This document shows, piece by piece, positions 14,174 to 22,115 of a stretch of 24,000 nt of DNA (the first letter of the stretch is position 1; the number at the start of each line of letters is the position of its first letter). The translations under genes were made by a program, and so were the position numbers. The notes below the pieces were generated by a model. The model saw only the letters and a list, made by a program, of their open reading frames with translations, was not told where the DNA came from and ran no database searches. Source of the DNA: an uncultured Oscillospiraceae bacterium (GTDB lineage: Bacteria > Bacillota > Clostridia > Oscillospirales > Oscillospiraceae); contig CAKSWT010000008.1 in assembly GCA_934512135.1 (NCBI GenBank), positions 1,415 to 25,414 on the forward strand, read 5' to 3'.

Positions 14174-16036
14174 TTGAATCTTTTGGAACGAGCAGAGGAT
14201 CGGGACCAGTTCCTGGCCTTTGGACCGGAAGAGGATCAGGCCCTGTGCAGTGAAATAAGGAGCTTTCTCATCAACAGCGTCTCGAAAACAGGAGGCCACC
14301 TGGCCTCCAATCTGGGCGCTGTTGAGCTGACCATAGCCCTCCATAAGGTCTTTGACCCCTATGTGGACCGCATTGTGTTTGACGTGGGACATCAGAGCTA
14401 TGTCCATAAAATGCTCACCGGCCGGGTGGAGGGCTTTGCCCATCTTCGGCAGCTGGGAGGCATGGCAGGCTTTCCGAAGCCCTCGGAGTCCCCGGCGGAC
14501 GCCTTTGTGGCGGGGCACGCCTCCAATTCCGTGTCGGTAGCGCTGGGAATGGCTCGGGCCAGGACCCTTTCCGGAGGGGACTACAGCGTAATTGCCGTCA
14601 TTGGTGACGGCGCCCTTACCGGAGGCCTGGCCTACGAGGGACTCAACGACGCCGGCCAGAGCAGAGAGCCGCTGATTGTGATCCTCAACGATAACGGCAT
14701 GTCCATACAGCCCAATGTGGGGGGCATCTCCAAGTTTCTGGCCCGCCAGCGGCTGAAGCCCTCCTATCTCAGCTTTAAACGGGCCTTCCACGCCTTCACC
14801 AGCCATGCGCCCGGGGGAAAACACCTCTACCACGTGGTCCACCGAATCAAGCTCTGGATGAAGAATGCCCTCATCGGAAGTAATATGTTCGATGAGATGG
14901 GATTTGTGTACCTTGGCCCGGTGGATGGCCATGACATCAAGAAAATGACCTATCTCCTCCGGCAGGCCAAAGACCTGGCTTGTCCCGTGCTCCTGCATGT
15001 GACCACCACCAAGGGCAGGGGCTACAGCTATGCCGAGGAGAGCCCTGATGAGTTTCACGGAGTTTCCAGCTTCAATGTGGCCTCCGGCCAGAGCAAAAGC
15101 TCCGGAGGGGAGTCCTTTTCCGGGGCCTTTGGAAAGACCATGTGCGCCATGGCCGAGGAGGACCACCGGATCTGCGCCATTACCGCCGCCATGGAGCAGG
15201 GAACGGGACTGACGGAGTTTGCCCAGCGGTTTCCCAAGCGATTCTTTGATGTGGGCATTGCCGAGGGCCACGCCGTCACCATGAGCTGCGGCATGGCCAA
15301 GCAGGGAATGCTTCCTGTGGTGGCAATTTACTCCACATTTCTCCAGCGAGCCTATGATATGCTGATCCACGACGCGGCCATTGGAAATCTCCATGTGGTA
15401 TTTGCAGTGGACCGGGCGGGGCTGGTAGGGGCCGACGGAGAGACGCACCATGGGGTATTTGACCCCTGCTTTCTCCGTACCGTGCCCCATATGACCGTGC
15501 TGTCCCCCGCATCCACCGAGGAGCTCCGAAAGAGCCTTCACTATGCGGTGTATCAGGTGGAGGGGCCGGTGGCGGTACGCTATCCCCGGGGGGGCAATGA
15601 GACCTACGGAGACTGCATTTTGGAAAATACCCTGCTTCGGAAGGGAGGAGATGTGACCATTGTCACCTACGGCCCGCTGGTCTGTGAGGCCATGGACGGG
15701 GCGAGAATCCTCTCCCAGTGTGGCATTCAGGCGGAGATCGTAAAGCTCTGGCAGATTTCCCCGCTGGACCTGACTCTGGTGGAGGAGTCGGTCCGAAAAA
15801 CCGGGTATCTTCTGTGTCTGGAGGAGTGCGTGTCCTCCGGCTGCCTGGGCCAGGAGATCGCCGGGAGGCTGCTGGAGCGGGGCGTCCCCACCAAAGGCGT
15901 CCGTCTCCTGAATCTGGGAGAGAACTTTGTGACCCATGGCACCGTGCCACAGCTCCATGCCCTGATGGGCATCGACGGAAAATCGGTGGCTCGGGCGGTA
16001 AAGGAGCTGGTTGGATTTGAAGAAGGAACGACTTGA
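14174..16036 (+). CDS. dxs: 1-deoxy-D-xylulose-5-phosphate synthase
   Basis: 620 aa. GGHLASNLGAVELTIALH, DVGHQSYVHKMLTGR, IGDGALTGGLAYEGLN (TPP-binding GDG) and FDVGIAEGHAVT. The start is a TTG at 14174: the frame opens after the TAA at 14126-14128 and contains no in-frame ATG, though a second in-frame TTG lies at 14183. The SD is weak. Confidence 0.93.
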   Translation: MNLLERAEDRDQFLAFGPEEDQALCSEIRSFLINSVSKTGGHLASNLGAVELTIALHKVFDPYVDRIVFDVGHQSYVHKMLTGRVEGFAHLRQLGGMAGFPKPSESPADAFVAGHASNSVSVALGMARARTLSGGDYSVIAVIGDGALTGGLAYEGLNDAGQSREPLIVILNDNGMSIQPNVGGISKFLARQRLKPSYLSFKRAFHAFTSHAPGGKHLYHVVHRIKLWMKNALIGSNMFDEMGFVYLGPVDGHDIKKMTYLLRQAKDLACPVLLHVTTTKGRGYSYAEESPDEFHGVSSFNVASGQSKSSGGESFSGAFGKTMCAMAEEDHRICAITAAMEQGTGLTEFAQRFPKRFFDVGIAEGHAVTMSCGMAKQGMLPVVAIYSTFLQRAYDMLIHDAAIGNLHVVFAVDRAGLVGADGETHHGVFDPCFLRTVPHMTVLSPASTEELRKSLHYAVYQVEGPVAVRYPRGGNETYGDCILENTLLRKGGDVTIVTYGPLVCEAMDGARILSQCGIQAEIVKLWQISPLDLTLVEESVRKTGYLLCLEECVSSGCLGQEIAGRLLERGVPTKGVRLLNLGENFVTHGTVPQLHALMGIDGKSVARAVKELVGFEEGTT

Positions 16037-16817
16037 CCTGGTGCTGTGCCAGAAGGGGCTGTGCGACAGCCGCACCAAGGCTCAGGCGCTGATTATGGAG
16101 GGCCTGGTGTTTGTGGGGGAGCAGCGGGTGGATAAGCCCGGGACCCCGGTGGACCCGGAGGCCTCCATTGAGGTCCGGGGAAAGCTCTGTCCCTATGTGA
16201 GCCGGGGAGGGCTGAAGCTGGAGAAGGCCCTGGATTATTTCGGGGTAGACCCTACAAATTATGTGTGCAGCGATTCCGGGGCATCCACCGGGGGCTTTAC
16301 CGACTGCCTGCTCCAAAAAGGGGCCAAAAAGGTCTTTGCAATTGACGTGGGCTACGGGCAGCTGGCCTGGAGTATTCGCAGTGACTCCAGAGTGGTGGTT
16401 ATGGAGCGGACGAACATCCGAAATGTCACCCCGGAGGACATCGGTGAGCCTCTGGACCTCAGTGTGGTGGACGTGTCCTTTATTTCCCTGAAAATCGTTC
16501 TGCCGGTGATTCAGAAGCTCCTGGGACCCAAGGGCCAGGTGCTCTGCCTGATCAAGCCTCAGTTTGAGGCGGGCAAGGACAAGGTGGGAAAGAAGGGCGT
16601 GGTTCGGGAGCTATCCACCCATATTGAGGTGCTGGAGAGCTTTCTGGCCATGGCCCGGGGTTTGGGCTTTACCGTGGTGGACCTCACCTATTCCCCGGTA
16701 AAGGGTCCTGAGGGCAATATTGAGTTTTTGGGACATCTGTCCCTGGAGCCGGTGGAGGCCAAGGCGTTCTCCCCGGAGCAAGTGGCCCGGGAGGCCCACG
16801 AAACGCTGAAGGGGTGA
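16011..16817 (+). CDS. tlyA: TlyA family rRNA (cytidine-2'-O)-methyltransferase (S4 plus FtsJ domains)
   Basis: KKERLDLVLCQKGLCDSRTKAQALIMEGLVFV (S4-like) and DSGASTGGFTDCLLQKGAKKVFAIDVGYGQL (SAM motif). There are two in-frame TTG starts. The one at 16017 (MKKERLD) sits 10 nt after AAGGAG and is more plausible than the track start at 16011. Both overlap the dxs 3' end. Confidence 0.9.
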   Translation: MDLKKERLDLVLCQKGLCDSRTKAQALIMEGLVFVGEQRVDKPGTPVDPEASIEVRGKLCPYVSRGGLKLEKALDYFGVDPTNYVCSDSGASTGGFTDCLLQKGAKKVFAIDVGYGQLAWSIRSDSRVVVMERTNIRNVTPEDIGEPLDLSVVDVSFISLKIVLPVIQKLLGPKGQVLCLIKPQFEAGKDKVGKKGVVRELSTHIEVLESFLAMARGLGFTVVDLTYSPVKGPEGNIEFLGHLSLEPVEAKAFSPEQVAREAHETLKG

Positions 16818-16822
16818 AGGCC

Positions 16823-17683
16823 ATGAAGAACATCACACTGATGCCCAATCCCTATCGGGACCGGGGCTTTCAGATCACCCGGGAAGCGGAGCGTATTCTG
16901 AAGGATCACGGAGCCCAGGTGCAGATCTGCCTGCCCTTTCACGTGGACCGGAGCCATGAGCTTCCGGAGAATATACGGTTTGTCACCATGGAGGAGGCGC
17001 TGCGGCGCTGTGACCTGATGATTTGCTTTGGCGGCGACGGTACCATCCTCCATGCGGCCCGTCTGGTGGGCAATCGGGACGTCCCCATGCTGGGGGTAAA
17101 CACCGGCACAATGGGCTTTTTGGCGGAGCTGGAGCACGATGAGCTGGAGCTGCTGCCTCAGGTCCTGGAGGAGGGGCTTACCTACGAGCGGCGGATGATG
17201 ATCCATGTGGCGGTGAAGCGGAACGGCCGGGTGATTTTTGAGGATAACGCCCTCAACGACGCCGTCATTACCAAAGGGGCGGTGGCCCGGGTCATTCAGC
17301 TCACCGTGGACTGTGACCAGACCGAGGCCATGCGTTTTGACGGAGACGGCCTGGTGATCGCCACCCCCACCGGCACCACCGCCTACTCCATGTCCGCAGG
17401 GGGTCCCATTGTGGAGCCCACGGCCCAAAACATTATCGTCACGCCCATTTGCGCCCATGCCATGGGTATCCGCTCTCTGGTGCTGATGAAGGACCGGGTG
17501 GTTACCTGCCGGGTGGGCCGCATTGGCAAGCGCAGCGCCTTTTTGTCGGTGGACGGGGGAAAGGCCGTGCGGCTGAGCGCTGAGGACAGCGTGGTGGTTA
17601 CCACCTCCCGCCGGTTTGTGCGGCTGGCCAAGATCAAAAACGCCAGCTATTACGGAACGCTTATCAATAAATTTCAGGGGTAA
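16823..17683 (+). CDS. nadK: NAD(+) kinase
   Basis: GGDGTILHAAR motif, NxGxxGFL (VNTGTMGFLAE) and TPTGTTAYSMSAGGPIV. The track start is a GTG at 16814. The ATG at 16823 (MKNITLMPNP) follows a GAAGGGG SD-like sequence. Confidence 0.9.
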   Translation: MKNITLMPNPYRDRGFQITREAERILKDHGAQVQICLPFHVDRSHELPENIRFVTMEEALRRCDLMICFGGDGTILHAARLVGNRDVPMLGVNTGTMGFLAELEHDELELLPQVLEEGLTYERRMMIHVAVKRNGRVIFEDNALNDAVITKGAVARVIQLTVDCDQTEAMRFDGDGLVIATPTGTTAYSMSAGGPIVEPTAQNIIVTPICAHAMGIRSLVLMKDRVVTCRVGRIGKRSAFLSVDGGKAVRLSAEDSVVVTTSRRFVRLAKIKNASYYGTLINKFQG

Positions 17684-17689
17684 TTGTCT

Positions 17690-18148
17690 ATGAAAAGCCA
17701 GCGTCAATCCAAAATATTGGAACTTATTGCCCAGCGGGACATCGAAACGCAGGAGCAGCTTTTGGCTGCCCTGGAGGAGAACGGCTTCCGCAGTACTCAG
17801 GCCACCATTTCCCGGGACATCAAAGAGCTGCGCATTGTCAAGGAGCTCTCTGCCGTCGGGACCTATCGGTATACGGTTCAGCAGAATGAGGCGGCAAACT
17901 TTTTCTCCCGGCTCAACAACATCTTCCACGAGTGCGTGGTCAAGCTGGACTATGCCCAGAATATCGTCATCATTAAGACGCTGCCTGGGCTGGCCGCTGC
18001 GGCCTGTTCTGCGGTGGACGGCATGGATACCCCTTCTGTGGCGGGCACCATCGCCGGAGATGATACGGGCCTGATCGTCATGCGGGATTCGGAATACGCC
18101 CGGGAGTTCTGTGAGGAGCTTCGGGGGATCATCAACAGAGCGAGGTAA
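17690..18148 (+). CDS. argR: Arginine repressor ArgR/AhrC
   Basis: MKSQRQSKILELIAQRDIETQEQLLAALEENGFRSTQATISRDIKEL (winged HTH) and a C-terminal GTIAGDDTGLIVM oligomerisation/arginine-binding motif. The track start at 17684 is a TTG, with an ATG at 17690. Conserved position before recN. Confidence 0.92.
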   Translation: MKSQRQSKILELIAQRDIETQEQLLAALEENGFRSTQATISRDIKELRIVKELSAVGTYRYTVQQNEAANFFSRLNNIFHECVVKLDYAQNIVIIKTLPGLAAAACSAVDGMDTPSVAGTIAGDDTGLIVMRDSEYAREFCEELRGIINRAR

Positions 18149-18154
18149 CGACTT

Positions 18155-19807
18155 ATGCTGGAGCTGCTGCACATTGAGAATATCGCTGTCATCGAACAGG
18201 CGGATATCACCTTCCAGCCGGGGCTTAACGTCCTGACCGGTGAGACGGGTGCGGGCAAATCCATCGTTATTGACGCCATTTCCGCCATTCTTGGCCAGCG
18301 GGCCTACCGGGATGCCATCCGGACCGGCACCAATCGGGCCAGAATCTCGGCGGTGTTTCAGGGGGTGCCGGAGTACCCCTGGTTCCGGGAAAATGGCATA
18401 TCCCACAGCGAGGAGCTGCTGATTCAGCGGGAGATTTACGCCGATGGGCGGAACGTCTGCCGGGTGGGGGGCCAGCCGGTGACGGTGACCATGCTCCGAG
18501 GCCTGGGGCAGCAGCTGATTCAAATCCACGGCCAGCATGACTCGGCCCAGCTCTTTGACGAGGCCAATCACTTGGGCGTTTTGGACGCCTTCGCAGACCA
18601 CGAGGCGCTGCTGGAGCAGTATCAAAGGGCTTATCGAGAAATGGACGATCTGCGAAAGGAAATTCGCAGCCTCACCATGGACGAGGCGGAGAAGCTCCGG
18701 CGCGTGGAAACGCTGAAATATCAAATCCAGGAGATCCAGCGGGCGGAGCTCCACCCGGGAGAGGACCAGGAGCTGGAGCAGCAGCGGAACCTCATGCGTT
18801 CGGGAGAAAAGCTCCTTTCTGCGCTCAATCAGGCAGCGGAGGCCCTATATGGCGGGGAGGACACCGATGGCGCTGCGGCCCTTACGGCCCAGGCGGCCCG
18901 GGCGCTCTCTGGGGTGTCCGGGGCATCCCGGGAGGTGGAGCGACTTGCCACCCTGGTGGAGGAGCTTGGCTACAGTGTCCAGGATGTAGCGGAGCAGGTC
19001 CGGGATGTGCGGGACAGCTTCGACTTTTCTCCCGGGGCCCTGGAGGCCGTGGAGTCCCGGCTGGATGTGATTCATCGGCTTCGCCGGAAATACGGCGCCG
19101 ACTGTACGGAAATTCTGGCTTATCTGGATCAGTGCGTCCGGGAGCTGGAGGCCATTGAGGTCTCCGACGATACCATTGCCCGGCTTCAGAAGGTCCTGAA
19201 GGGGAAAAAGCGGGCAGCCCGCACCCTGGCGGATCAGCTCAGCGCCTCTCGACAGGCTGCGGCAGAACGATTTGCCGCCCGTCTGGTGGAGGAGCTTCGG
19301 CAGTTGGATATGCCCCGGGTGCAGTTTTGCTGTGATCTCACACCCAAGGCCCATCTGGACGAGACCGGTGGAGACAACTGCCGGTTCCTGATGTCCGCCA
19401 ACGTAGGGGAGGAGCTTCGGCAGATGAGCCGTGTGGCCTCCGGCGGTGAGTTGGCCAGAATCATGCTGGCGATGAAAAATGTCATGAGTGAAAAAGACCA
19501 AATTCCCACCATGATCTTCGACGAGGTGGACACCGGCGTCAGCGGACGGGCCGCCCAGAAGGTGGCGGAGAAGCTCCACCGGGTGTCCCAAGGCCGGCAG
19601 GTCCTCTGTGTGACCCACCTGCCCCAGATTGCCGCCATGGCGGATACCCATTTCCTCATTTCCAAGGCGGAGCAGCAGGGGAGAACCTATACCTCTGTTA
19701 CGCCTCTGGACCGGGAGGGGCGGAAGGCGGAGATCGCCCGACTGATCGGTGGTGCGCGGATCACCGAAAACACCATGAAGAGCGCAGAAGAAATGCTTCT
19801 CCGGTGA
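18155..19807 (+). CDS. recN: DNA repair protein RecN
   Basis: 550 aa. N-terminal Walker A LTGETGAGKSI, a long coiled-coil middle, C-terminal SGGELARIMLAMK signature and MIFDEVDTGVSG Walker B. Confidence 0.93.
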   Translation: MLELLHIENIAVIEQADITFQPGLNVLTGETGAGKSIVIDAISAILGQRAYRDAIRTGTNRARISAVFQGVPEYPWFRENGISHSEELLIQREIYADGRNVCRVGGQPVTVTMLRGLGQQLIQIHGQHDSAQLFDEANHLGVLDAFADHEALLEQYQRAYREMDDLRKEIRSLTMDEAEKLRRVETLKYQIQEIQRAELHPGEDQELEQQRNLMRSGEKLLSALNQAAEALYGGEDTDGAAALTAQAARALSGVSGASREVERLATLVEELGYSVQDVAEQVRDVRDSFDFSPGALEAVESRLDVIHRLRRKYGADCTEILAYLDQCVRELEAIEVSDDTIARLQKVLKGKKRAARTLADQLSASRQAAAERFAARLVEELRQLDMPRVQFCCDLTPKAHLDETGGDNCRFLMSANVGEELRQMSRVASGGELARIMLAMKNVMSEKDQIPTMIFDEVDTGVSGRAAQKVAEKLHRVSQGRQVLCVTHLPQIAAMADTHFLISKAEQQGRTYTSVTPLDREGRKAEIARLIGGARITENTMKSAEEMLLR

Positions 19808-19826
19808 GCCACCTCCTTCACCGGAG
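19799..19826 (+). terminator. Stem-loop overlapping the recN stop (possible weak terminator)
   Basis: CTCCGGTGA-gccacctcct-TCACCGGAG, a 9-bp stem followed by AATTTCATGGAATTTT. The T tract is interrupted. Confidence 0.4.
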
Positions 19827-19853
19827 AATTTCATGGAATTTTGCGAAAAACAC

Positions 19854-19882
19854 TTGACAATCCTCCTGCGGCATGGTATTAT
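19854..19882 (+). promoter_or_regulatory. Sigma-A promoter of tRNA-Ser (-35 TTGACA, 17 nt, extended -10 TGgTATTAT)
   Basis: Consensus TTGACA at 19854-19859, a 17-nt spacer, TATTAT at 19877-19882 preceded by TGg. It lies about 30 nt upstream of the tRNA 5' end. A GCTGTC-tga-GACAGC hairpin (19888-19902) sits in the leader. Confidence 0.7.
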
Positions 19883-19912
19883 AACCGAGCTGTCTGAGAC
19901 AGCACAATATCT

Positions 19913-20004
19913 GGAGAGATGGCTGAGCTGGCCGAAGGCGCACGATTGGAAATCGTGTAGGCGTTAATAGCGTCTCGAGGGTTCGAATCCCTCTCTCTCC
20001 GCCA
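19913..20004 (+). tRNA. tRNA-Ser (anticodon GGA), class II with long variable arm, encoded CCA
   Basis: Acceptor GGAGAGA pairs with TCTCTCC. Anticodon stem CACGA/TCGTG with loop TTGGAAA, giving anticodon GGA. Long variable arm (GGCGTTAATAGCGTC). T arm GAGGG-TTCGAAT-CCCTC, discriminator G, then CCA. Confidence 0.92.
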
Positions 20005-20005
20005 A

Positions 20006-20041
20006 GCCGCCGCAGGTGTTTCCACTTGCGGCGGCTTTTTT
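20006..20041 (+). terminator. Rho-independent terminator after tRNA-Ser
   Basis: GCCGCCGCAgGTG-tttc-CACtTGCGGCGGC followed by TTTTTT (20036-20041). Confidence 0.8.
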
Positions 20042-20076
20042 GCAATGGGAAAAGTAAATGTGTAAGGAGTAAATGT

Positions 20077-21435
20077 ATGAAGCGAGAGTCATTTCAATCC
20101 CGGCTGGGCTTTCTGCTGGTCAGCGCTGGCTGCGCCATCGGCATCGGCAATGTCTGGCGGTTCCCCTTTGTGGTGGGGCAGAATGGCGGCGGCCTGTTTG
20201 TGCTGCTGTATCTGGTCTTTCTGGTGATTATGGGTCTGCCGGTGCTTACCATGGAGCTGGCTGTGGGACGAGCCAGCCGGAAAAGTGCGGTCCTGGGCTA
20301 TAAGGCCCTGGAGAAGCCTAAGAGCAAGTGGCATATCCACGGCTGGTTTGCCATTCTGGGCTGCTATATCCTTATGATGTACTACACCACCGTCTCCGGG
20401 TGGATGCTGGACTATTTTGTAAGGTTCACCGCCGGTACCTTCCGGCACGGCATGGAGGCCTCCGCCGCAGAGGCTGTGTTTGGCCAAATGCTGTCGGATC
20501 CCCTGGAAATGGGACTCTTTATGGTCATCACCGTGGTGACGGGCTTTCTGGTGTGTAGCCGGGGGCTCCAGAACGGCCTGGAAAAAATCAGCAAGTACAT
20601 GATGAGCGCATTGTTGGTCCTGATCGTGGTGCTGGCTATTCACAGCCTCACGTTGTCCGGCGCCGCTCAGGGACTGAAATTCTACCTGGTGCCCAATCTT
20701 TCGGCAGTCCGGGAGGTGGGGATTGGCAGCGTCATTTCTGCGGCCATGAATCAGTCCTTCTTCACCTTGAGCCTTGGGGTGGCAGCTATGGAGATCTTTG
20801 GAAGCTATATGAACAAGGAGCACACCCTGGCAGGGGAGGGCGTTCGAATCTGCGCCCTGGATACCTTTGTGGCGGTACTCAGCGGCCTGATTATTTTCCC
20901 CGCCTGCTTTAGCTACGGCGTGGAGGTGGGGGCCGGTCCCAGCCTGATCTTCCAGACTCTGCCCAACGTGTTTGTGAATATGGCCGGGGGCAGAATCTGG
21001 GGGGCCCTGTTCTTCCTGTTTATGACCTTCGCCAGCTTTTCCACGGTGATTGCCGTGTTTGAGAATATTATGTCCTTTTGTATGGACATGTTCGGCTGGA
21101 GCCGAAAGAAGGCGGCTCTGGTCAACTGTGTTGTGATTCTGATTGCCTCCATGCCCTGTGTGCTGGGATACAACCTCTGGTCTGATCTCCATATCATCGG
21201 AGCCCGGGATGTGCTGGACAGTGAGGACTTCCTGGTGAGCAATCTGCTTCTGCCCATCGGCTCTCTGATTTATCTGCTGTTCTGTGTGTCCAAGTGGGGC
21301 TGGGGCGCCAGGAACTACTTCAACGAGGTCAATACTGGTCGGGGCCTGAAGCTCAAACCCTGGCTGAAGCCGTACTTCCAGTTTGTTCTGCCCATTCTGA
21401 TTCTGATCATTCTGATTCAGGGGCTGCTGCCGTAA
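20077..21435 (+). CDS. Sodium-dependent transporter, neurotransmitter:sodium symporter (NSS/SNF) family
   Basis: SRLGFLLVSAGCAIGIGNVWRFPFVVGQNGGGLFVLLYLVFLVIMGLPVLTMELAVGR is the NSS TM1-TM2 signature, in a roughly 12-TM protein. The ATG at 20077 (MKRESF) has AAGGAG 7 nt upstream. The track start at 20026 lies inside the terminator. Confidence 0.9.
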   Translation: MKRESFQSRLGFLLVSAGCAIGIGNVWRFPFVVGQNGGGLFVLLYLVFLVIMGLPVLTMELAVGRASRKSAVLGYKALEKPKSKWHIHGWFAILGCYILMMYYTTVSGWMLDYFVRFTAGTFRHGMEASAAEAVFGQMLSDPLEMGLFMVITVVTGFLVCSRGLQNGLEKISKYMMSALLVLIVVLAIHSLTLSGAAQGLKFYLVPNLSAVREVGIGSVISAAMNQSFFTLSLGVAAMEIFGSYMNKEHTLAGEGVRICALDTFVAVLSGLIIFPACFSYGVEVGAGPSLIFQTLPNVFVNMAGGRIWGALFFLFMTFASFSTVIAVFENIMSFCMDMFGWSRKKAALVNCVVILIASMPCVLGYNLWSDLHIIGARDVLDSEDFLVSNLLLPIGSLIYLLFCVSKWGWGARNYFNEVNTGRGLKLKPWLKPYFQFVLPILILIILIQGLLP

Positions 21436-21441
21436 CGAAAT

Positions 21442-21469
21442 CCGCCGCAGAGGCTGTCCTCTGCGGCGG
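21442..21469. terminator. Hairpin between the convergent NSS and macro-domain genes (bidirectional terminator candidate)
   Basis: CCGCCGCAGAGG-ctgt-CCTCTGCGGCGG, a 12-bp perfect stem. It lies 6 nt after the NSS stop and 3 nt after the macro gene stop. The T tracts are weak on both strands. Confidence 0.5.
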
Positions 21470-21472
21470 TCC

Positions 21473-21970
21473 TTATACCAGCCCCATATTCTTTGCCAGT
21501 CCATAGGCCTCTTTGTCATAGAGCACCAGATATACTGCCATCTGGTGAGTCTGGAGAAAGTCCCGGATGGTCTCCACGGCCACCTGAATTGCGGCCTTCT
21601 TGGGGTATCCGTACACACCGGCGGAGATCAGCGGAAACGCCACAGATCGGCAGCCCTGCGTCGCGGCGAGGGACAGGGACCGGCGATAACAGCTGCGCAG
21701 CAACGCCTCCTCGCCCTGCCCGCCTCCGTGCCAAATGGGTCCTACGGTGTGGATGACGTATTGGCAGGGCAGACGATAGCCTTTTGTGAGCTTGGCGTCC
21801 CCGGTGGGGCAGCCATGAAGGCTCCGGCACGCCCAAAGCAGCTCCGGCCCGGCGGCCCGGTGAATGCAGCCGTCAACGCCGCCGCCTCCCAGCAGGGTCT
21901 CGTTAGCGGCGTTGACAATGGCGTCTACCGCCAGAGTGGTAATGTCTGATTGTATGATCGACAGTGGCAT
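21473..21970 (-). CDS. Macro domain protein (O-acetyl-ADP-ribose deacetylase / ADP-ribose-binding, YmdB-like)
   Basis: [44 protein letters not shown]...VIHTVGP...[15 protein letters not shown] is the canonical macro domain. The track ORF (to 22090) is over-extended. The ATG at 21970 has AAGGA 6 nt upstream, and an alternative ATG lies at 21976. Confidence 0.88.
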   Translation of the reverse strand: MPLSIIQSDITTLAVDAIVNAANETLLGGGGVDGCIHRAAGPELLWACRSLHGCPTGDAKLTKGYRLPCQYVIHTVGPIWHGGGQGEEALLRSCYRRSLSLAATQGCRSVAFPLISAGVYGYPKKAAIQVAVETIRDFLQTHQMAVYLVLYDKEAYGLAKNMGLV

Positions 21971-22000
21971 AGCCATTCCTTCTTTCTCTGGGTTTTCTCC

Positions 22001-22029
22001 ATTGTAGGGCTCCCGGAGGGGGTTGTCAA
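22001..22029 (-). promoter_or_regulatory. Sigma-A promoter of the macro-domain gene (-35 TTGACA, 17 nt, -10 TACAAT)
   Basis: Minus strand: TTGACA (22024-22029), a 17-nt spacer, TACAAT (22001-22006). It gives a short leader to the RBS. Confidence 0.65.
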
Positions 22030-22041
22030 GGGCGGTTTTTG

Positions 22042-22070
22042 TTGACGCAGGGGCGTTTTTGCGGTATGAT
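22042..22070 (+). promoter_or_regulatory. Sigma-A promoter of the dehydrogenase-exonuclease pair (-35 TTGACG, 17 nt, -10 TATGAT)
   Basis: TTGACG at 22042-22047, a 17-nt spacer, TATGAT at 22065-22070. It sits back-to-back with the macro gene promoter and about 45 nt upstream of the ATG at 22116. Confidence 0.6.
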
Positions 22071-22115
22071 GTCAGGGTTGTCGAGAGCATTCGACATTTT
22101 TGGGAGGAACGAGAG

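Noticed and set aside
14129-16078. Very long antisense ORFs opposite real genes. Examples: 649 aa opposite dxs; 688 aa at 16688-18754 opposite nadK/argR/recN; 509 aa at 20089-21618 opposite the NSS gene; 421 aa at 11722-12987 opposite xseA; 293 aa at 1215-2096 opposite livG; 283 aa at 5831-6682.
   Set aside because: - Their translations are low-complexity and rich in R, G, P, H, Q and L, with no recognisable motifs.
- They have no RBS.
- They run across several independent sense genes that each carry unmistakable family signatures.
- This is the expected stop-codon-poor shadow frame of GC-rich coding DNA, not overprinted genes.
19818-20045. 75-aa minus-strand ORF.
   Set aside because: It lies entirely over the tRNA-Ser gene, its promoter and its terminator. 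It has no RBS and is spurious.
19913-21470. tRNA-Ser as an integration hotspot, with the NSS gene and downstream genes as a genomic island.
   Set aside because: - No integrase, recombinase or transposase gene is present.
- I found no direct repeat of the tRNA 3' end downstream.
- There is no evident compositional break.
- The similar GC-rich stems flanking the NSS gene (CCGCCGCAG...CTGCGGCGG at 20007-20035 and 21442-21469) share only about 9 nt and are adequately explained as independent terminator hairpins.
22020-22085. Direct repeats GGGTTGTCAAG (22020-22030) and GGGTTGTCGAG (22075-22085), and GGCGGTTTTTG (22031-22041) and GGGCGTTTTTG (22051-22061), bracketing the dehydrogenase promoter. 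These could be operator sites.
   Set aside because: The first copy is explained as the -35 (TTGACA on the minus strand) of the divergent macro-gene promoter. The others are short and degenerate. With no cognate regulator gene nearby, the operator idea is unsupported.
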